Notes under the pieces: model-generated | The model's input: only the letters and a program-made list of their open reading frames with translations | What the model was told of the DNA's origin: nothing | Databases searched by the model: none | Shown: in pieces, positions 58,193 through 64,000 of the stretch | How the letters are laid out: each line of letters opens with the position of its first letter | Numbering within the stretch: position 1 is the stretch's first letter | Assembly (NCBI GenBank): GCA_040767085.1 | Contig: JAXGPF010000012.1 | Coordinates: 1-64,000 of the forward strand | Origin: Kiritimatiellia bacterium | Lineage (GTDB): Bacteria; Verrucomicrobiota; Kiritimatiellia; JAAZAB01 | Length of the DNA stretch: 64,000 nt | Direction: 5' to 3' | Program-made: the position numbers and the translations under genes

Positions 58193-59014
58193 TCAATCTG
58201 CTCCGCGCCTGGCTGAATTCCGATTGAGCCGCGGCGCCGCGCGGTGATTGCGGATGACGCGTTGAAAGGCGGCGGGGACCGTCTGGTCCCGCTTGATTTT
58301 GCGCAAGGTCGCCGCCAGTTCATCCACCCACATGTTCATGTAGGTTTCCCCTTTTTTTCTGGAAGCCGTGTGCGGTTCGCCCACGCACAATTCCGGATAC
58401 TGCATTGGCCAGCTTACCGGTACCGTGGCCGCGCCGATATCGGGCAGCCGGTTGATGGGGAAGGACTTTTTCTTCATTTTTTCCAGGTGAACCAGTCCGT
58501 CGCCGGACGCCATCACCATGCTGGTTTCCACCGAGCAGGCATGACCGTAATGCGCGGCTTGATCCATCTGCGCCATGGCCTTGAATTTCCCGGCATAGGC
58601 GGGAATATTGTAAATTGCATAAGGCTTGCCGGCTTCCAGAATGCGCGCTGGAAATATCGCGCCCAGGTAACAGCCATGTCCGTTGGCCAGGCATATTTTG
58701 GTGAAGCCGTTCCGGGCCGCTTCGTCGCAGATGTTTTCCAGCAGCATGAAGATAACGTCCTGCTTGATATGCACACCGCCCGTGCCCGCCGGCGCGCCCG
58801 TGACGACGCTGTAGTAAAGCGTCGGCAGGATGGCGACCGTCTCCCTTTGGGCGAGCCGGCGCATGGCTTCATCCACCGCCAGCCCGTCCGATCCCAAGGG
58901 CAGATGCGGTCCATGGGTTTCCAGACATCCCAGCGGCAGCACCGCTACGCCCTTGCTTGCCCGCCGCAACTTCGGGAAATCCCCGGCGCTGACCCGCGCC
59001 CAGAAACATTCCAT
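58193..59014 (-). CDS. Creatininase family amidohydrolase
   Basis: PLGCLETHGPHLPLGSD, NGHG, HAC..ETS. Confidence 0.9.
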   Translation of the reverse strand: MECFWARVSAGDFPKLRRASKGVAVLPLGCLETHGPHLPLGSDGLAVDEAMRRLAQRETVAILPTLYYSVVTGAPAGTGGVHIKQDVIFMLLENICDEAARNGFTKICLANGHGCYLGAIFPARILEAGKPYAIYNIPAYAGKFKAMAQMDQAAHYGHACSVETSMVMASGDGLVHLEKMKKKSFPINRLPDIGAATVPVSWPMQYPELCVGEPHTASRKKGETYMNMWVDELAATLRKIKRDQTVPAAFQRVIRNHRAAPRLNRNSARRGAD

Positions 59015-59111
59015 GATCCGATCCTCCTGTTGGTTTATCCTGAATTTAAAGTATGCCGTTCCACGGCATCAACTGCCTATCCGCGCCGGCCCGCGGCCAG
59101 GCGGCGGGCGG

Positions 59112-60131
59112 TCAACGGTTTTTGGCGATGACATCGCCCACGGCCGCAATGGCCGACATGTGCTGCTCCCGATGTTGTTCCAGCGTCGCCCGCCAGCTGG
59201 TTTGCATAAATCCGTACAGGCGTCTGGCGGCGATGTTTTTGCGGCAGAATTTCACCGTCTCGGCGAAATTGACGGGTTTCGACGTTATCCCGCCGGTGGG
59301 AACCTGATCCATCCGCAGTTTTTCCAGGTCCAGGTACGCCTGCACGGGTTTCAGCCGCAGCGGCTTGGTCATGTTCCCGCGCGGCCGGACCGGGTCGTCC
59401 ATGACCTGCGGATTGGCCCGGATCAGCACGGTCGCCGGATGCACCCGCTTGTAATACCACCAGTTGCTCTGCAGCACGTCCCGCCGCATGTTTTTGGCGA
59501 AATCCAGGGGATGGTACCACTGGTAATCGGACCAAATCCACGGGCGGGCGCCATGGCCGCGGACGGCATCGCACAGCAGGTTCAAGTCATGCCAGTACAG
59601 GTCGAACTGGCGGATGACCGTCAGGCGGTTGTAAATCTGGTTGACGGCGGTTTCCTCGTCCATGCCGAGATGGAAAAAGCGCGGCCCGTCAAAAATCTCG
59701 CAGACCTCGGCGATCAAGTCGCGGCAGACGCGGTAATAAGTTTCCGTGGCTAGCATCCGGGAATACTGGCCAAGCCAGACATCGTGCGCCGCGGCGAAAT
59801 TCAGCTTGGGAATGATTTCAATCCCCATATTCCGCGCCGCGGCAATTTCCTTTTTCAAGCGCGCCGGGGTCCAGGCGTTTTTGACGGCGATTTCCGGGTG
59901 ACTGCGGTAGGCCACGCCGTCGCCCAGGTCCAGCACGACCATGTTCATGCCGGCCGCGGACATGGCGCGCAGGATGTCCCGCCAGAGCCGCTCGTCGAAC
60001 CGCAGATAGGGCTTGGCGACGGCTTCGCTGGTTTTGTTCTTAAAAAGGGATTCCGAGCAATCGAACCACATATTGTAGCTTAAATGGATGAGGTTGGCCC
60101 AGATGGGCGGCCGCGGTTGATGTGTTCCCAT
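59112..60131 (-). CDS. TIM-barrel glycoside hydrolase, GH20-like
   Basis: Y.SHPE, IIPKLNF...HD and FHLGMDE; likely start at 60131. Confidence 0.65.
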   Translation of the reverse strand: MGTHQPRPPIWANLIHLSYNMWFDCSESLFKNKTSEAVAKPYLRFDERLWRDILRAMSAAGMNMVVLDLGDGVAYRSHPEIAVKNAWTPARLKKEIAAARNMGIEIIPKLNFAAAHDVWLGQYSRMLATETYYRVCRDLIAEVCEIFDGPRFFHLGMDEETAVNQIYNRLTVIRQFDLYWHDLNLLCDAVRGHGARPWIWSDYQWYHPLDFAKNMRRDVLQSNWWYYKRVHPATVLIRANPQVMDDPVRPRGNMTKPLRLKPVQAYLDLEKLRMDQVPTGGITSKPVNFAETVKFCRKNIAARRLYGFMQTSWRATLEQHREQHMSAIAAVGDVIAKNR

Positions 60132-60342
60132 GGCGAATCCTTTTTCCCGGCTTTTCCCGGCTGCGAGCTCGAGATTAATGACTTTATGCGCATCGGCGCA
60201 TGTGCAAGCGTACACTGGCGAGATTAGGTGCGGCCCACAGCCGGGGCAAGCGGAATGTTTTGCTATTTTGTGGAATTTCTTGCTCACCCCCTCCGGCGGA
60301 GTTTTTCGGGGGGGGGGTGATTTGTTCCGAGTCAAGTCAACC

Positions 60343-60530
60343 GCCGAATGTCCGCCTGCGCCCGGCTTCGGCGCGGCACGCCGTTCGGCTACTACAATTC
60401 CGGACTGTAGTAGCGCCCGCCTACGCTTGGCTTCGGCGGGCACGGCCACTGCTTGTCCTGCGTAGTCTGACGAAGCAGGATGTGGCGCATCCGCCGAAGT
60501 TTGGCGAAGCAGGACGTGGCGCAATCCGGC
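60343..60530. repeat. REP doublet carrying three about 30-bp insertions
   Basis: Direct comparison with the uninterrupted copy at 62432-62494. Confidence 0.8.
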
Positions 60531-60706
60531 CGGCCGTGTGGACAGGCGCGCGCTTTTTTGCTTGTTTTAATAAGCCTTGGAACTTAAGTTCGATGCGCGG
60601 TCAAACATGGCAGGATCATGACCGGCAAGGCCCATAACCGCATGGGACGTTTAATTCACAATATCCGGATTTGAGTTCCGGTCTGGCGCCAATCAGGGAG
60701 ACAAAG

Positions 60707-62242
60707 ATGAAAAAAATTGTTTTATCGGCCATGGCGGTTTCCGGAATCTGTCTTGGCGGCGAATCTTCCGCCCGTATTATCGCTTACCGCGACGGTCAGG
60801 ACCTGCTGGTCCGAAGCCATTTTTCGGCAACGCAGGATGTCGTCATAAAGGTGTTTTACCACACATCATCCGGGGTGCCCAACGAATTGGCCTACCTGGT
60901 TCCGAAATCCGCGCCCTTGCTGGATTATGCGAATTTTAAGGCCATGCATCGCGGCGGCGATGAAATTCCGGCCTATCCGATGCCCATGTACGGCACGCTC
61001 GGCGGCAATCACGGATCGCCCTACGGACGGCAACTGAAAATTCCAGGGCACGGCTTGAAGGTGGCCGACCTCGGGGCCCGGCTGACGACGGAAGGCAAGG
61101 GTGATTTTTATATTATTCGCATCATTGACCAGGACCATATCCTGGTCCACCCGGAAAACCGCGGCAAACCGGGCTTCCCGATCTTCGCCGCCCTTTGCTC
61201 CGGTGATAAGCTGCTGCGGGGCGGCGTCGAACTGGCCTACGCCGAGTTGGCCATGCAGCAGGTTTATCCCGGCAATCGTTACCGGGAAAACGCATACCTG
61301 GCGAACGGCGCCAATCCGCTGCCCGACAAAACCGAGACGCCGTGCGATTTTCTCGACCATGTGGTTGATTATGACGTCATCATGCCGGATGCGCGGGTTG
61401 AGCTGTTCAAGAGCAAGCCCGGCATTGCGCATGATTTCATCGCGCCGGAACTGCCCGGTTTGCTGAACGTGCGCAGTATCTATCGCTATCAGGATAACGG
61501 CGCCTGCGTCGTTTCCGTTAAAAACACGGTCCTTTACGATATGGCCGGCTACAATTGCCTGGGCGTCATGCTGTGCTGGTCGGGCGAGATTGCCGGGAAA
61601 AAGAAAACCGAATTCTACATTCCCAAGCTCAAGCCGCTGCAAGCGGCCGGCTTCGAAACTGCGCCGGCCCTGGCGTGCGACTTTTCGGCCATTTATACGA
61701 TGCCGGATGAAATGCCGGTCGGATATAATATCGTTAAAAGCGATTGCCTGGACCCGGAAGACCCGCCCGACCGGTTCATTCGCCTGGCAGGCGATCAGGG
61801 GCGCGAAATCGGCGTGGCGCTCGGGTATTCCCTGTTTGAGGGCGTGACGGCTAAAAGCCGGAAAGCCGCGGATCGGGAAAAAATCTACCATCTTTACCGG
61901 ACGAAAAAAATGTATCCTTATTGTATCAACGTCAAAAACTGCGCGCAAGGCGATGTCCGGGAAGTGCTGGCCTACCGGCAGTATTTCGATCCGCGGCGCG
62001 AGCCGGATGCCACGGCATTTTATTTCCATCGCCAGCGGAATTCCGAAGTGGTCTATCTCGATTTCCACAAATCTTTGACCGAGAAATGCATCGCCCTGCC
62101 GGCTTACATGGCGGGCAAGCAGATCGAGGTTTTGGAGCGGACCCCGTCGGTCACTCTGCACACTGCGGGCGCCGTGCCCGCCGGGGGTATTTCCCTGAGT
62201 GTGGCCAGCGATTACGGTTATATTGTGCTGAAGCTCGATTGA
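60707..62242 (+). CDS. Secreted hypothetical protein
   Basis: RBS GGGAG, signal peptide MKKIVLSAMA..., long open frame. Confidence 0.75.
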   Translation: MKKIVLSAMAVSGICLGGESSARIIAYRDGQDLLVRSHFSATQDVVIKVFYHTSSGVPNELAYLVPKSAPLLDYANFKAMHRGGDEIPAYPMPMYGTLGGNHGSPYGRQLKIPGHGLKVADLGARLTTEGKGDFYIIRIIDQDHILVHPENRGKPGFPIFAALCSGDKLLRGGVELAYAELAMQQVYPGNRYRENAYLANGANPLPDKTETPCDFLDHVVDYDVIMPDARVELFKSKPGIAHDFIAPELPGLLNVRSIYRYQDNGACVVSVKNTVLYDMAGYNCLGVMLCWSGEIAGKKKTEFYIPKLKPLQAAGFETAPALACDFSAIYTMPDEMPVGYNIVKSDCLDPEDPPDRFIRLAGDQGREIGVALGYSLFEGVTAKSRKAADREKIYHLYRTKKMYPYCINVKNCAQGDVREVLAYRQYFDPRREPDATAFYFHRQRNSEVVYLDFHKSLTEKCIALPAYMAGKQIEVLERTPSVTLHTAGAVPAGGISLSVASDYGYIVLKLD

Positions 62243-62278
62243 GCCGCCGGCCGGTGCATCCTAGCGGAATGGCGGATG

Positions 62279-62797
62279 AGCCAATTTCAAAAGTCGCATG
62301 CCCGCCTGCTCCAGGCTTCTGTGTCGAACGCCGTTCGGCTATTACAGTAATCTGGATGTAGTAGCGCCACGGTGTGGCGCATCCGGAATCCGGGATGCCG
62401 AACGCCGTTCGGCTACTACAGTGGAAAGTATGCCGAACGCCGTTCGGCTACTACAATTCCGGACTGTAGTGGCGCCACTGCGTGGCGCATCCGGTTCCTC
62501 ATTTTGAGTGCGGCTCGACGCCGCTTTTCCCCTGCGAGCCTGCCGGATGAAAGCGGTATCAAGCTTGCTCCAACCGAGCGGGGCTGCCGCAGTCCAAGAG
62601 ACTGATCAAAAAGGAAGATTGAAATGCAGAATATCCGTAGTTAATTTCAAAACTCCGCGTGGAACAGTTGGGGTGTAACCCAACCCTCTAAAAACCAGTG
62701 GTTTTTGTGTTTTTGGAGGGCCGACTTCCCAGCCGTCGTTCGCCGCGGCGAACTATGGCGGGCACAGCCACGCCGGCCAAGACTTCTGAAATTGGCT
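62279..62797. repeat. MITE/REP composite region
   Basis: Bounded by agccaatttcaaaagtc / gacttctgaaattggct. Contains three cgaacgccgttcggctaytaca units and the 135-bp repeat. Confidence 0.7.
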
Positions 62798-62817
62798 TCA
62801 GACCAGAATGGCCGGAT

Positions 62818-64000
62818 TTACGCCGGCAACGCGGCGGCGGCGCGCTGGACGCGTTGCCGGCATTGGTCGAGCAGGGCGGCGAAGGCAGTGGCGGAGCAAT
62901 CGCTCCCGATCGCGCGCCGGGCCAGGGCGGCCAGGGCGTGGGGATCCTGGGGGATGACATAAACCTGGCGGTCTTCAAAAAGCTGCAGGCAGTGTTCCAC
63001 CCGGCGCAGCAGGATATAGTCGGTCCGTAACGCATCGGCCTCCGCGGCGGGCAGAATGCCCGCGCCGGCCAGCAGGGCCAGGCTGGCGAGGGTGTTGCCG
63101 TTCAGCAATTCCGGCCGTCCGCCGGCGTGGATCAACTGCAAACCCTGAACCAGGAATTCCAGATCGCGGATGCCGCCCGGCCCGTTTTTCAAATCGCGTT
63201 GCGGAAAACCGCCGGCAGCGGCGATCTTGCCGCAGGCCATGGCGCGCAGGCGCCGGATGGAGGCGGCAACCTGAGCGGGGGCGCGCGGCAGCCGGAGAAT
63301 TTCGCCGGCGCCGTCGCAGAAGGCCTGGCCGAGCGCCAGGTCGCCGGCCACCGGGCGGGCTTTCAGCAGCGCCTGCACTTCCCAGAGCGCGGCTTTCCGG
63401 CGGTAATACTCCAGGAGCGCCGGCAGCGGGTACACCAGCCGCCCGGCGGATCCGTAAGGGCGCAGGCGGAAATCCACGCGGTAGGCATAACCTTCGGCGG
63501 TGTGGCCGGCCAGGTCGGCGGCGATACGGCGCAGGGCGCGGCTGCAGATTTCCTGCTCGCGCGGGTCGCCGCCGGCGCAGATGCCCAGCAAATCAATGTC
63601 CGAGCTGTAATTCAATTCCTGGCCGCCGAGTTTGCCGAAGGCCAGCACGCAGAACCCCGGGATGGCGCCGCCATGTTCATCCCGGAAGCGCTCCAGCGCC
63701 AGCCGGATAATGGTTTCCGCCAGGGCGGTGATACCGGCGGTGATTTCCGGGAGGGGCGCGCGGAGGCAGATATCGCGGGCGCCGGTGCGTAGAATTTCGC
63801 GGCGCCGGAATTGGCGGATCGCATCCCGCCAGTCGCCGCCGGCAGCGGCCAGGAAGTTGCGCAAATCGGTTTCAATCGCCGACATGGAACGCTGGGCATT
63901 GAAGATGTCCGGCGCGGTCACCCAATCGAAGAAGCCGGGATTGCGGATCAGGGTATCGGCCAGGAACTGGCTGGCGGCGAAAATGCCGAGCAGGATTTCC
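62818..64000 (-). CDS. glnE: Glutamine synthetase adenylyltransferase (partial, runs off the window)
   Basis: GKLGGQELNYSSDIDL, YRVDFRLRPYG, WEVQALLKAR and DLK.GPGGIRDLEF. Confidence 0.92.
   Translation of the reverse strand, partial: EILLGIFAASQFLADTLIRNPGFFDWVTAPDIFNAQRSMSAIETDLRNFLAAAGGDWRDAIRQFRRREILRTGARDICLRAPLPEITAGITALAETIIRLALERFRDEHGGAIPGFCVLAFGKLGGQELNYSSDIDLLGICAGGDPREQEICSRALRRIAADLAGHTAEGYAYRVDFRLRPYGSAGRLVYPLPALLEYYRRKAALWEVQALLKARPVAGDLALGQAFCDGAGEILRLPRAPAQVAASIRRLRAMACGKIAAAGGFPQRDLKNGPGGIRDLEFLVQGLQLIHAGGRPELLNGNTLASLALLAGAGILPAAEADALRTDYILLRRVEHCLQLFEDRQVYVIPQDPHALAALARRAIGSDCSATAFAALLDQCRQRVQRAAAALPA

Noticed and set aside
59112..60524. N-terminal 130-aa extension of the GH20-like ORF, and similar extensions of the gspJ-like, xerC and EamA ORFs
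   Set aside because: The extensions run through repeats, intergenic DNA or neighbouring genes; downstream ATGs fit the domain starts better.
62326..62494. Three cgaacgccgttcggctaytaca repeats as a CRISPR array
   Set aside because: Spacing is irregular, the intervening sequences are themselves repeats, the same unit is dispersed elsewhere, and there are no cas genes. These are REP-like.

Overview
GC-rich bacterial chromosome segment. A PVC-superphylum origin (Kiritimatiellae/Lentisphaerae-like) is inferred from gene content only. All family assignments come from motif recognition by eye; no searches were run. Contents: a giant modular surface-protein gene broken by clustered frameshifts; two insertion sequences with clear ends and 8-bp target duplications (an ISL3 splitting a gene, and an unclassified Mutator-like IS with a DUF6788-like accessory gene that appears to swap a host promoter); miaB; a GldA/F/G-like ABC + DUF4340 + AsmA cluster; xerC; an orphan mtaB with a PocR-AraC regulator; a partial type II secretion cluster; a decayed AT-rich island with a HEPN-like ORF beside tRNA-Val; a plant-type glucuronokinase coupled to galU; a polyol/sugar catabolic operon; xth; a flippase; and partial glnE. 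Intergenic regions are full of REP-like and MITE-like palindromes nested inside one another. The best leads are the nested small mobile hairpins, the glucuronokinase-GalU pair, the promoter-swapping IS and the orphan mtaB.
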